A stretch of 64,000 bases of DNA. Source: an uncultured Desulfatitalea sp. GTDB lineage: Bacteria > Desulfobacterota > Desulfobacteria > Desulfobacterales > Desulfosarcinaceae. Numbering within the stretch: position 1 is the first letter of the stretch; each line of letters begins with the position of its first letter. Positions 9,486-19,572 of the stretch are shown here, piece by piece. The stretch spans positions 768,001 through 832,000 of the forward strand of contig CAXXMB010000001.1 of the NCBI GenBank assembly GCA_963668675.2, in the 5' to 3' direction. Both the position numbers and the translations under genes were made by a program. Under the pieces are notes generated by a model. It ran no database searches. It saw only the letters and a list, made by a program, of their open reading frames with translations, and was not told the origin of the DNA.

Positions 9486-10535
9486 ATGAATTTCAGCCGC
9501 ATGTGGGCCATCTTCGTTTCACGCAATCGGGAATTTTTTCGGGACAAGGCCGCTTTCGGGTGGAATTTGTTGTTTCCATTCTTGATCATCGCAGGTTTTG
9601 CCATCATTTTCGGTGGAGATGAACGCAAAGAGTTCAAAGTAGGCGTCTTTCCTTGCGCCTCGTCGCAGGGGGCGGATATCGACCGCTGCGTTCCGCCGCA
9701 AATAGAGTTCATCAAACAGGTGCAATTCATTGGGTTCCCAACCCAAGGTGAGGGGATAGACAAACTCAAGCATCACAAGGTCGATCTGCTGATCGAAAGA
9801 GGAAATACGCCATTGCACTATTGGGTCAATGATACAGCTCCTAAAGGGTATGTCGTCGAAAAGATGATCCAGGGGGTGCTGAACCAGGGAACCGACCATG
9901 TGATGGTGCGTCAGGAGGTGGTCTCCACCGTGCCGATTCGGTACATCGACTGGCTTTTCCCGGGAATCATCGGCATGAATATCATGTTCTCGGCACTTTA
10001 TGGTGTCGGCTTTGTCGTGGTCAGATACCGTAAAAACGGGGTGCTGAAACGCCTTAAAGCGACACCCTTAACGGCCTTCGAGTATCTGAGCGCCCAAATG
10101 CTTTCAAGGCTCTTCGTCATCGCCTTTTCGTTGACGATATTGTGGATCGGCTGCGATTTGATATTTGATTTTCATGTTGAGGGCTCTTACATCGATCTTG
10201 CCATTGTTTTCATGGTCGGCAATCTAAGCCTCACTTCACTGGGGCTGATCATTGCATCCCGGGGAACCAGCGAGGAGTTTGCCAATGGGCTGCTTAATTT
10301 TATCACTTGGCCGATGATGTTTCTGTCTGAGGTGTGGTTCTCTTTGGAGGGCGCTCCCCGTTGGGTCACAATGGTTTCGGAGATGCTGCCCCTTACACAC
10401 CTTCTCTCCGGAGTGCGGAAAATCATGAATGACGGTGCGGCGTTGGTCGATGTGCAGCTTGAACTGGCCGTTCTTTGCGGATTCACCCTGGTGTTTCTCT
10501 CGGTTGGCGCTTCCCTCTTTTCGTGGAACAAGTAG
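9486..10535 (+). CDS. ABC-2 transporter permease
   Basis: One N-terminal and several C-terminal TM helices; VLKRLKATP motif; coupled to the ATPase gene. Confidence 0.9.
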   Translation: MNFSRMWAIFVSRNREFFRDKAAFGWNLLFPFLIIAGFAIIFGGDERKEFKVGVFPCASSQGADIDRCVPPQIEFIKQVQFIGFPTQGEGIDKLKHHKVDLLIERGNTPLHYWVNDTAPKGYVVEKMIQGVLNQGTDHVMVRQEVVSTVPIRYIDWLFPGIIGMNIMFSALYGVGFVVVRYRKNGVLKRLKATPLTAFEYLSAQMLSRLFVIAFSLTILWIGCDLIFDFHVEGSYIDLAIVFMVGNLSLTSLGLIIASRGTSEEFANGLLNFITWPMMFLSEVWFSLEGAPRWVTMVSEMLPLTHLLSGVRKIMNDGAALVDVQLELAVLCGFTLVFLSVGASLFSWNK

Positions 10536-10701
10536 ATGCAACCATTTCTATGCAATCTGGTGAAAATATGATATTAAAAACTCAACCACCAAAAAGACGC
10601 GCTTCAGCGGGCGGTTATGACTGCAGCTGGCCACACGATTTAGAATAAACAATATAATATATAAAAACGGCTAATTGATTACAGTTAAAGGAGACGTGAA
10701 T

Positions 10702-11094
10702 ATGAAAATTATGGTTTGCTACGATGGTTCCGGGGCGTCAAGATCCGCACTGAGGGTGGCGATCAGACATGCCAAAGCACTCGATGCGAAAGTTTATTTG
10801 GTGGCCTCCATGGAGAAGGGTACCGAGGATGAACAGAAGGTGATCCAGCAACTCGAGATCGAATTGAAGAACGCCAAAGAGAAGCTGGGTAATGAAGGCA
10901 TCGAATGTGAAACCCATTTGCTGGTGCGCGGCATGACGCCGGATGAAGATCTGGTTTCCTATGCCAAAGAGCAGGGTATCGACGAGATCGCCATCGGTAT
11001 TCGGAAACGGTCCAAGGTGGGAAAATTGATTTTCGGTTCAACCGCGCAGTACCTGATTTTGAACGCCCACTGCCCGGTCATTACGGTGAAATAG
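10702..11094 (+). CDS. Universal stress protein
   Basis: MKIMVCYDGS start and GIRKRSKVGKLIFGSTAQ...CPV; AAGGAG RBS. Confidence 0.9.
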   Translation: MKIMVCYDGSGASRSALRVAIRHAKALDAKVYLVASMEKGTEDEQKVIQQLEIELKNAKEKLGNEGIECETHLLVRGMTPDEDLVSYAKEQGIDEIAIGIRKRSKVGKLIFGSTAQYLILNAHCPVITVK

Positions 11095-11123
11095 TCGACC
11101 GCTTTCTCTTTTTTGAAACGTAT

Positions 11124-11152
11124 AAAGCCACCCGCCGGTTAGGTGGCTTTTT
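11124..11152. terminator. Bidirectional intrinsic terminator
   Basis: AAAGCCACC/GGTGGCTTT(TT) stem between convergent genes. Confidence 0.75.
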
Positions 11153-11155
11153 CTA

Positions 11156-12529
11156 TCAGTTGGTCAGGCTTTGGATGGGGGAGGGGATCAAGCCGCCTCT
11201 CTCGACAAACAGGTTGTTGCCTGTCGCGCCATTGACGGACATGATGACGGATTCCCCAAGCAGCCCGCCGAAATAGGCGTGATCGCCCGCTTTCTTGCCG
11301 GGAACCGGGATGATGCGGGCGGCGGTGGTCTTTCGATTGATGACGCCGATGGCCATCTCATCGGCAATGATCGCGGACAAGGTTTCGGCCGAAGTGTCGC
11401 CGGGCAGGGCGACCATGTCGAGTCCGACCGAACAGACGCTTGTCATCGCTTCAAGCTTTTCCAGAGATAGATGGCCTTTGCGGGCCGATTCGGAGATGTT
11501 GAGGTCTTCGCTTACCGGAATGAAGGCGCCACTCAACCCCCCGACGTTCGAACTGGCAAACGCTCCCCCTTTCTTTACGGCGTCGTTCAGCAACGCCAGG
11601 GCTGCGGTGCTTCCAGGCAAGCCGATACTGCCAATACCAAGACTTTGAAAAATTTCACCTACGCTGTCGCCCACATTCGGGGTCGGTGCCAAGGAGAGGT
11701 CGACGACGCCGAAACGGACGCCAAGGTGTTCTGCAACCTCGCGACCGATCAGTTCGCCGGCACGGGTCACCTTATACGCCGTACGTTTGATCAGCTCTGA
11801 AATCTGCTGCAAATCAAGATTGGGGGTATCCTTCAAAGCGCGATCGATGGCCTTTTTCACCACTCCCGGGCCGCTGACACCGACGTTGATGACCACATCC
11901 GCCTCGCCGATTCCCAGGTAGGCCCCGGCCATAAACGGAATATCCTGGGGGATGTTGGCAAACACGCACAGCTTCGCGCATGCGATGCCATCTTTGTCGG
12001 CACTCATTTCAGACGCTCTCTTGATTTGGCGGCCCATCAACAAGATGGCATCCATATTGATGCCGGCCCTGGTGGTGGCCACGTTGACGGAGGCGCAGAC
12101 CCTCTCCGTTTCGGTCAGGGCCTGGGGCAGCGCATCGATAAGTGCCTGGTCGCCAGAGGCGATCCCCTTCTCCACAAGTGCGGAAAAGCCACCGATAAAA
12201 TCCACGTCGACGGTGTGGGCGGCGCGATCCAGGGCGTTTGCAACGACAATCATCTGTTCGGCGCAGAAGGGGGCGGCGGCCACGGCGATGGGGCTGACAG
12301 AGACGCGCTTGTTGACGACCGGAATGCCGTACTTCTCCCCGACCAGATCACACGTACTGACCAGCTTTTCGGCTTTGCGGGCGATGCGATCATATATGTT
12401 GTCCGTGAAACGCTTCAGGTCGTCGCTCGCGCAGCTCAGCAGGCTCACGCCCATTGTCACGGTTCTAAGGTCCAGGTGTTCATCGCGCAGCATGTCCAGA
12501 ACGGACAGGATTTCACTATCACTTAGCAT
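11156..12529 (-). CDS. UPF0210/DUF711 (PFL-like fold) protein
   Basis: LDLRTVTMG, NVGVSGPGVV, GGLSGAFIPVSED and KLEAMTSVCSVGLDM motifs. Confidence 0.9.
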   Translation of the reverse strand: MLSDSEILSVLDMLRDEHLDLRTVTMGVSLLSCASDDLKRFTDNIYDRIARKAEKLVSTCDLVGEKYGIPVVNKRVSVSPIAVAAAPFCAEQMIVVANALDRAAHTVDVDFIGGFSALVEKGIASGDQALIDALPQALTETERVCASVNVATTRAGINMDAILLMGRQIKRASEMSADKDGIACAKLCVFANIPQDIPFMAGAYLGIGEADVVINVGVSGPGVVKKAIDRALKDTPNLDLQQISELIKRTAYKVTRAGELIGREVAEHLGVRFGVVDLSLAPTPNVGDSVGEIFQSLGIGSIGLPGSTAALALLNDAVKKGGAFASSNVGGLSGAFIPVSEDLNISESARKGHLSLEKLEAMTSVCSVGLDMVALPGDTSAETLSAIIADEMAIGVINRKTTAARIIPVPGKKAGDHAYFGGLLGESVIMSVNGATGNNLFVERGGLIPSPIQSLTN

Positions 12530-12594
12530 GGATAACAATTCCTTGGTAATGGTTGGCCCGACGGATGGCAGGGCCGAAATAAAAAAAGCCCATC

Positions 12595-13149
12595 CTACAA
12601 TCGGTTCATGGCTTTGAATATGTTTTTATGCTGGAAATTGACCTCCAGATTCAGCTCATTGCCTTTGGATTTCAGGTCTGATCTAAGCCGCTGATGGTCA
12701 ACATCCAGGGGGATATCCACCTCGTAAATCATTATGTTTTTACCGGGCTCGAGGCCTCCTCTGAAAACCGCCTGTAATTGGGTGACGTTGACATTGTGGT
12801 TTGCCAGAACTGCGGTGATCTCAGACACGAGTCCCTTGCGGTCGGGACCTCGTGTGGTGATGACAAAGGATTCACAAGCGCACTCCGTCCAGGTAAAGGG
12901 GGCCGGATCCATCTCTCTGATGTGATAGTGCATGTTCGTATCGCGGGTGCCCTCCCGCAGCTCCGTGTATAAACCTTCCGGATCGATTTGATCGGGTCCG
13001 GTAACGATAAAAATGCCTGAGAACTGGGATTGCAAAATGGTTTGACTGACATCCTCGATGTTGAAGTTCTTCTCAAAAAGAACACGCGTCACCGCCGCAA
13101 TGATTCCCGGTCGATCTTTCCCCAGTACCGAAATGATGAACTTTTTCAT
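12595..13149 (-). CDS. Double-ACT-domain protein (GcvR-like)
   Basis: GKDRPGI and GPDRKGL ACT repeats; ACT plus UPF0210 is a known gene pair. Confidence 0.85.
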   Translation of the reverse strand: MKKFIISVLGKDRPGIIAAVTRVLFEKNFNIEDVSQTILQSQFSGIFIVTGPDQIDPEGLYTELREGTRDTNMHYHIREMDPAPFTWTECACESFVITTRGPDRKGLVSEITAVLANHNVNVTQLQAVFRGGLEPGKNIMIYEVDIPLDVDHQRLRSDLKSKGNELNLEVNFQHKNIFKAMNRL

Positions 13150-13520
13150 CTTTTCTTATTCCATTCTTATTCCATATATAAATTATTAAAAGTAATAGCT
13201 TGTTAGATTATTTTGTATGAACTTGAAGTTTACTAATTATCCGATCTTGCTTGTGGCATCATATCGGACGTGATCCGGCATGACGTGAAATCGGATGGCG
13301 CGATCTCGCGATCTATTGACACATCAGATGTTAAGATGTCTATATGGAGGAAAATCGGTACCCTGTCAATCGGCTTCTATCGGCCATACAGAGGGGGACT
13401 GGCGATCGGGCCGCAGATCGTATCGTGCCTTACTAAAGTTCGATCGTTTTTGACCGATTCAAACCGTTAGAGAACTTTGACGCCGCTTGGCAGAACGGAT
13501 TTAACGATATCGGGCTTCAG

Positions 13521-14822
13521 ATGGTTACGCTTATTACGACACATAAAAATGCCGATTTCGATGCTGTGGCATCGATGACCGCTGCGTTGCTTCTCTATCC
13601 GGACGCATTGGTGCTTCCCCCTAAACCGCTCAATCCAAACGTCAAGGCTTTTCTTTCGCTGCATAAGGATCTTTTCCCGTGGAGTGAAAAGCCGGCGCCA
13701 GCTACGGCAAACGCCAAAAGGCTGATTGTGGTGGATACGGCCGAGTGGAGCCGGCTCTCTTATGCCAAAGCGCTTCAGGCAATCGCCGACTTGGAGATTC
13801 TCATCTGGGATCACCACCGTTCGTCCAAAATGATCCCGGCAACTTGGCAGTGTTGTGAGCCGGTGGGTGCCAACATCACCCTGATGATGCGTTGTCTCAA
13901 TGCTAAAGGGATCAAATTAACCCCCATACAGGCCACGCTTTTTCTTGCCGGTCTTTATGAAGACACAGGCCAACTCACGTTCTCGAACACCACTGCCGAG
14001 GATGCCCACGCGGCAGGTGACCTGCTCTCCCAAGGGGCCGATTTGAAAATATTGGGAAAGTTTTTAAGGCCCGCGTACGGGGAGAAACAGAAAGACGTCC
14101 TCTTTGATATGCTCAAAGGCGCGCGGCGACAGAAGGTGAATGGGCATTCAATCAGCATCAGCAGGCTACCGGTAGAGGGCCATGTGAGCGGTCTGGCACT
14201 CGTGGTCAACATGTACCGCGACATCATGAATGTGGACGCGGCTTTCGGCATATTTTGCCTCCCGAACGATGAACGCTGTATGGTGATCGGGCGCAGCGAT
14301 GTCGAGGGCCTCAATATCGGGAGTATCATGCGCAGCATGGGGGGCGGGGGACACCCCGGAGCCGGCTCGGCCATGCTGAAGAGCGTCAATCCGGAGGCGG
14401 TGACAGAGATGATTCTAAGCCTCGTAGAGGGAAATCAGCAGGCCTCGGTACAGATCAGCGACCTGATGTCGTTTCCTGTTATCACCGTAGAACCTTCGGC
14501 AACCATGGACGCGGCCGCCAAGATCATGCGCGCTAAGGGGTGCACCGGCCTTCCGGTGGCAGAGGGGAATCGGTTGGTAGGGATGATTTCACGGCGTGAT
14601 TTCCAAAAGGTGCGCGGCGAGAAAAGACTTCAATCGCCGGTAAAAGCCTTCATGCGACATCCGGTGCAGACCATCCATCCGGGTATCAGCCCGCTGCAGG
14701 CGGCCAGGATCATGATCAGGAAAGATATCGGGCGGCTACCCGTTGTCGAGGAGAGGGACCTGATCGGCATCGTTACCCGATCGGATGTCATGTGCTACTT
14801 CTATGATCTGTTGCCTGATTGA
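13521..14822 (+). CDS. DHH/DHHA1 phosphoesterase with a C-terminal CBS pair
   Basis: HKNADFD, VDT, DHH, EDTG and GGGGH motifs, then two CBS domains. Confidence 0.85.
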   Translation: MVTLITTHKNADFDAVASMTAALLLYPDALVLPPKPLNPNVKAFLSLHKDLFPWSEKPAPATANAKRLIVVDTAEWSRLSYAKALQAIADLEILIWDHHRSSKMIPATWQCCEPVGANITLMMRCLNAKGIKLTPIQATLFLAGLYEDTGQLTFSNTTAEDAHAAGDLLSQGADLKILGKFLRPAYGEKQKDVLFDMLKGARRQKVNGHSISISRLPVEGHVSGLALVVNMYRDIMNVDAAFGIFCLPNDERCMVIGRSDVEGLNIGSIMRSMGGGGHPGAGSAMLKSVNPEAVTEMILSLVEGNQQASVQISDLMSFPVITVEPSATMDAAAKIMRAKGCTGLPVAEGNRLVGMISRRDFQKVRGEKRLQSPVKAFMRHPVQTIHPGISPLQAARIMIRKDIGRLPVVEERDLIGIVTRSDVMCYFYDLLPD

Positions 14823-14833
14823 TCTATTTTGAT

Positions 14834-15841
14834 TTATTGCTGCATCCCTCGCTCTTTCAGCCACGATGCAAGTCTGCGCAGCCCCTCATTTGTTGAAACC
14901 TCGGGGTGGTAGCCCAGATCGCGTCTGGCCGCTTCAATATTGAACCAGTGGGAGGTGGCCAACTCCCTGGCCACAAAGCGGGTCATGGGAGGTTCCGAAT
15001 TTTTTCCGAGTAGATGGTAGAGCAGTTCGCACATTGCGCCGGCGAACCAGGCCATGCCGGGTGATATGGTCTTGGTTACCGGTGGGCGACCCCCGGCCGC
15101 CAGAATGTGATCGATCATCTGCCAAAGGGAAATGGGGTCGTCCTGACTGATGAAATAGCTTCGCCCCGAAAGGCCGGGGTTTTCGGAGAGCCGCTTTTCG
15201 GCCAGGATATGGGCCTGGGCGGCGTTATCGATATAGATGGTGTCGACCTTGTTAGTCCCGTCGCCCACCCGGCGCAGTTTGTCGGCCTTGGCTATAAGAC
15301 GCGGGGTCAGGTGGTTGTCGCCGGGGCCCCATATGAGATGAGGACGCAGGGCCACGGCAGGGAGACCATCCCTGGCCGCTTTGAGAACCGCCTGTTCGGC
15401 AATGGCTTTGGTCCTGGGGTAGTGGGCTTCGTAGTGGGTAGGATAGGGCATCGATTCGTCCACCCCCTCCATATCACCGCCGTCGAATACCACACTTGGT
15501 GAACTGGTGTAGATGAGCCGCTTTACACCGGCCTCTTTGCAGGCCTTGATTACATTGAGTGTGCCCAATACATTCGTTTCGTAATAGTCGGTATATTTCC
15601 CCCATACTCCTGGCCGGGCAGCCACATGGAAGACTGCCTCCACCCCCTGGCAGGCCCGCTTGACGTCATCCAAATTCGCAAGGTCACCGCTTATATGCGA
15701 CACCCCGAGCTGCTCCAGTTGAGGATATCGATGGCGGGAGAAACTCTGGATACGCTCTCCTTTTGCCGCGAGCGATTTGACGATGGCACTTCCGAGGAAC
15801 CCGCCACCGCCGGTGACCAAAAGGACTCTCTTCTTATCCAT
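14834..15841 (-). CDS. oleD: 2-alkyl-3-oxoalkanoate reductase OleD (extended SDR)
   Basis: TGGGGFLG, TSSPSV, YPRTK and LRPHLIWGPGD motifs; last gene of the oleABCD order. Confidence 0.85.
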   Translation of the reverse strand: MDKKRVLLVTGGGGFLGSAIVKSLAAKGERIQSFSRHRYPQLEQLGVSHISGDLANLDDVKRACQGVEAVFHVAARPGVWGKYTDYYETNVLGTLNVIKACKEAGVKRLIYTSSPSVVFDGGDMEGVDESMPYPTHYEAHYPRTKAIAEQAVLKAARDGLPAVALRPHLIWGPGDNHLTPRLIAKADKLRRVGDGTNKVDTIYIDNAAQAHILAEKRLSENPGLSGRSYFISQDDPISLWQMIDHILAAGGRPPVTKTISPGMAWFAGAMCELLYHLLGKNSEPPMTRFVARELATSHWFNIEAARRDLGYHPEVSTNEGLRRLASWLKERGMQQ

Positions 15842-15891
15842 GGGACACTGTTCACCTTTCCCCTGTCAATGGTGAGTGACGGCCGTCGTGT

Positions 15892-17586
15892 TCAACCGGC
15901 TCGTTTTTCTGCCCAGACGGCCAGTTTTTCACGAAAAATTTTAGAATTGTGTCGAATGTCCACCGGGAATCCGGCATGCACTAAAAAGGTATCGATTTTT
16001 TCGGTAAGGGGATTTGCCGCAGCGAGTTGGCGCAGCTCTTGGATCAGTTTTTGGGTATCGATATTGCGCTGATCGGGCTCCAGTTCGATACAGACGGCCG
16101 GACGTTGACGCGGCGCCCGGCCCAGGCCGACCAGCGCGCTTCGAAATACGGAGAGGTGGTTGTTGAAGATAGCCTCGCAGGGGATGGTAAAGAGGGTGCC
16201 TTGGGGAGTGACCACACGATGGGATTTACGCCCGCAGTACCAGATGCGTCCCTTCTTGTCCTTCCAGGCCAGATCACCCATTCGGTGCCAGTAACGGTCT
16301 CCTGATCTGATTTTGGAATTTTTGTCTTCCAATGGTCGTTCGAAATAGCCTTGGGTGACGATATCTCCGTAAACCGCGATCTCACCAATTTCACCATCAG
16401 GGATAACAAGGTCGTCGGACCACGATTCAATGGGCCCGTCGCTGATTCTGATGATTTGCATCGCCAACGCCTGAATCGGTCGGCCGACACACATGCCGTA
16501 CCCCTTTTCCGTCAATAGGGCCGTCTCCGATAATATTTCCTTACTGCCGAACGATGAAACCGGCATGGCTTCGGTGGCCCCGTAACCGGTGTGAATCTCG
16601 GCATCCTCCTCCAGCATGGTTGAAAACTGAGCAAGATTGGCAGGCGATACTGGTGCTCCCGAGGTGATGATGCGTTTCAAGGAGGGCAGCTTTATGTTGT
16701 GCGCTTTGCCGTAACGGCCGACCCGGTTGAGCAGAGCAGGCGAGGCGAACATGTTGGTCACGCCATGGTTGAGTACGGCTTCGATGATTTTGTTAGGATC
16801 GACATGGGCTGGCCGGGTGGGGTCCATATCCGGTATGATCGCCGTCATGCCCAAAGCGGCATCGAACAGGGAAAAGAGCGGAAAGGTCGGCAAGTCGATT
16901 TCGTCCGGGGAGATGGCAAATTGGGATTTAATGAAACGCACCTGGGCATCGAAAACACCGTGCGTATAGATCGCCCCCTTGGCCGCGCCTGTGCTTCCGG
17001 TGGTAAAGAGGATGGCGGCCATCTCATCCTTGCCCGTATTGGAAATGGTGTAGGGCTGCCACGGCAACCGGCGGATATCCTTGAGTGTCAATCCTCCCCA
17101 GAACCAACGGCGTCCGATGGTGACCGCCTTTTTAACGCCTTTAAAGTATTTAGGGCGGAGCGTTCTTAGAAGGTGGGCCGGCGGTATGCCGATGAGTGCT
17201 TCAGCCTTGCTCTCCTGCAGGCAGGCCAGCATGCGCCGCACCCCCATGCCGGGATCGACCAGAACGAAAACAGCCCCCACTTTGAGCATGGCGTAAATGA
17301 TCGCAAAAAGTTCGAGGCTCGGACGCACCATGAGGATGGTGCGTGTGCCGCGGCGGATACCAGCCGCCTCCAATCCGTGGGCAAAGCAGTCGGATTCGCG
17401 ATCGAGTTGCCGGAAGGTAAGATGGCTGTAGGCTACGCGACCATTGTGATCCCGTCCGGCGGGATAGACCACAGCCCTCCGGTAAGGTTGAATACGGGCC
17501 ATGGTCCTGAGGCGCAAGGCGACATTTACCTTCTGGCCGGAGTTTTCGTAATCATTTGATATCATCATGTCACCGGTAGGGTCCAT
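15892..17586 (-). CDS. oleC: Olefin beta-lactone synthetase OleC (AMP-dependent ligase)
   Basis: FTTGSTG, YGATEA, HRMGD, WYCGRKSHRV and C-terminal PVDIRHNSKIFRE motifs. Confidence 0.9.
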   Translation of the reverse strand: MDPTGDMMISNDYENSGQKVNVALRLRTMARIQPYRRAVVYPAGRDHNGRVAYSHLTFRQLDRESDCFAHGLEAAGIRRGTRTILMVRPSLELFAIIYAMLKVGAVFVLVDPGMGVRRMLACLQESKAEALIGIPPAHLLRTLRPKYFKGVKKAVTIGRRWFWGGLTLKDIRRLPWQPYTISNTGKDEMAAILFTTGSTGAAKGAIYTHGVFDAQVRFIKSQFAISPDEIDLPTFPLFSLFDAALGMTAIIPDMDPTRPAHVDPNKIIEAVLNHGVTNMFASPALLNRVGRYGKAHNIKLPSLKRIITSGAPVSPANLAQFSTMLEEDAEIHTGYGATEAMPVSSFGSKEILSETALLTEKGYGMCVGRPIQALAMQIIRISDGPIESWSDDLVIPDGEIGEIAVYGDIVTQGYFERPLEDKNSKIRSGDRYWHRMGDLAWKDKKGRIWYCGRKSHRVVTPQGTLFTIPCEAIFNNHLSVFRSALVGLGRAPRQRPAVCIELEPDQRNIDTQKLIQELRQLAAANPLTEKIDTFLVHAGFPVDIRHNSKIFREKLAVWAEKRAG

Positions 17587-17601
17587 GGGGCATGGCTCAA
17601 T

Positions 17602-18510
17602 TCATCCAACAGGGTTTTTGTACATAAAACCCTGTATCAACTCTATGATCGTTTCAGGTGCATCCTCAAGAAGATAGTGGCCCGCATCTTCGAGCCAATG
17701 GGCCTGTGCATGGGGTACCCTGCGGCGCCACTCATCGTAATAGTTGCGATTAAAAACAAAATCGTGGGCGCCCCAGATCAATTGGGCCGGGCGATCTGCA
17801 ATCCGTTCAAGATTTCGGTCGACAGCGGCGACGATGGGACCACTGGGGTCATTCGGACCGAGGGGGATATCCTGAACGAATTTCAACGTGGCCATCCGAT
17901 TGCGTGGATTGAGATAGGGGGCCAACAGGCCGGCTCGCACCGAAGCCGGCAGCCGCTGCCGGGGTGCCATATGGATTGCTGCGGCTGCAAACAGATTCAG
18001 GTGCAATACGGCCCAATCCATGATCGGATTTGGTGTTCGCAACAGGCGCAACCGCAGGGGGATCGCTTTGCCGCCGGGTGGAAAAAAGCCGGACGTGTTC
18101 ATGATCACCAATCGGCCGATGCGCTTCAAGTTTTCCATAGCCCATGCCAATCCGATCATGCCCCCCCAGTCGTGCACAATCAGGGTAATGGGTTGATCGG
18201 GATTTAAGTGTGTGATGAGTGCGTTCAGATCATCGACACGGCTCTTCAATCGAAAATCGTACCGGCTTTCGTCGGGTTTGTCGGAGAGGCCGCACCCGAT
18301 GTGGTCGGGTACGATGACACGGTAACGCTCTCGGAATGCGATGACCAGACGTCGGAAATAGAAGGACCAGGTGGGGTTGCCGTGAAGCATGAGCAACGGC
18401 TCGCCAATCCCCTCGTCCAGGTAGTGATAGCGCAATCCGTTGATGTCGAGATAGTTGGATTCGAAGGGGTAAAGTGCGCTGAACTCATTTGAGATTATTT
18501 CATTTTTCAT
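17602..18510 (-). CDS. oleB: Beta-lactone decarboxylase OleB (haloalkane-dehalogenase-like hydrolase)
   Basis: HGNPTWS, HDWGG nucleophile elbow and AGHY motifs; lies between oleA and oleC. Confidence 0.88.
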   Translation of the reverse strand: MKNEIISNEFSALYPFESNYLDINGLRYHYLDEGIGEPLLMLHGNPTWSFYFRRLVIAFRERYRVIVPDHIGCGLSDKPDESRYDFRLKSRVDDLNALITHLNPDQPITLIVHDWGGMIGLAWAMENLKRIGRLVIMNTSGFFPPGGKAIPLRLRLLRTPNPIMDWAVLHLNLFAAAAIHMAPRQRLPASVRAGLLAPYLNPRNRMATLKFVQDIPLGPNDPSGPIVAAVDRNLERIADRPAQLIWGAHDFVFNRNYYDEWRRRVPHAQAHWLEDAGHYLLEDAPETIIELIQGFMYKNPVG

Positions 18511-18514
18511 GAAT

Positions 18515-19555
18515 TTACCAGTTGACGGCGAGCATGAGACAGTTCAGGCCGCTGCCGATGCCCAAGAAGCCGACCAGGTCTCCTTTATTGAAAAATTGGC
18601 GCTCGTCGGCGATGGCCGCAGTGATAGGGAGAGACACCGTGCCGATATTGCCAAGAAATCGAAAGGTGGTGAAGTCCCTGGCCTCATCGATGCCGAAGGC
18701 TTGGAGGATGGTACGCTGGTGGGCGGATCCCACCTGGTGGCAGACAACTTTGTCCGGCTTGTCGGGCGGAAGGGAGAGCTCATTGCGAAACGCCTGAAAT
18801 GTCTCCACGCCCAGCGTGACGCCATGTTGGAGCACGCTGACAGAGTCGGTTTTCATCACCTGGCAGGTGTTGGTTGGAAAGCCGCTGTCCGGTCCCCAGA
18901 TGCAGAGGCGATGGTGCTGGGTCGCACTGCGGGCCACGCCTCCGAGCAAACGATGGCCCGAGGTTGCCTTATCGATACAACTCAGGACAACGGCCACCGC
19001 ACCCGAACCACCGGTAAGGGTGGCGATCGTGTCCTTGAAGAGCGTCATGTCCGGGTTCGCAAGCATTCGATCGATGGTGCTTTCGACAATCTCGCGCGCC
19101 GCCTCGCAGGAGACCACCATTCCCGAGTTGATGTGGCCCAGCTCGATGGCATTGGCCACCTGGACCATCCCGTTGAGGACGCCCAGGCAGGCGTTGGAGA
19201 GATCGTATATCTGCGCATCCTGGGGAATTCCGAGCCCATTGGCAACGGCGCAGGCAGTGGCGGGTTCCAGATTCTCCCGGCAGACCCCGCCATAGATCAG
19301 CATGCCGATTTCTCGAGGATCGATCCGGGCGGCGGCCAGTGCCTTATGGCCGGCACTGATGGCGCCTTCGGACAACCGGAATCCGACATCCCAGAAGCGA
19401 CGCTCGGTAATGCCGGTCAACGCCTCGAGCTGGCCCGGCTGGAGATGCAGTATATCGTAAACCGGTGCCAGGCGACGCTCCAGGTCATCCGAGGTGACCA
19501 CGTTAGGCGCCAGTTCGTAGCCGAAACCGGAAACAGAAACGTTTGAGTAGCGCAT
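18515..19555 (-). CDS. oleA: Acyl-CoA condensing thiolase OleA
   Basis: ENLEPATA (catalytic Glu), NACLG (Cys), HQVG, GNIG and GIGSGLNC motifs. Confidence 0.9.
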   Translation of the reverse strand: MRYSNVSVSGFGYELAPNVVTSDDLERRLAPVYDILHLQPGQLEALTGITERRFWDVGFRLSEGAISAGHKALAAARIDPREIGMLIYGGVCRENLEPATACAVANGLGIPQDAQIYDLSNACLGVLNGMVQVANAIELGHINSGMVVSCEAAREIVESTIDRMLANPDMTLFKDTIATLTGGSGAVAVVLSCIDKATSGHRLLGGVARSATQHHRLCIWGPDSGFPTNTCQVMKTDSVSVLQHGVTLGVETFQAFRNELSLPPDKPDKVVCHQVGSAHQRTILQAFGIDEARDFTTFRFLGNIGTVSLPITAAIADERQFFNKGDLVGFLGIGSGLNCLMLAVNW

Positions 19556-19572
19556 TTATCAAATCCAAAACG

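Noticed and set aside
13153..13174. Tandem 11-mer TTCTTATTCCA x2 upstream of the ACT gene
   Set aside because: Only two copies; most simply a local slippage duplication.
13243..13445. Seven GATC sites in about 200 bp next to an AT-rich tract (oriC-like?)
   Set aside because: No DnaA boxes or dnaA gene; GATC is frequent throughout the window; dif places this region near the terminus.
18509..19546. 345-aa plus-strand ORF
   Set aside because: Antisense shadow of oleA, explained by GC-biased codon usage.
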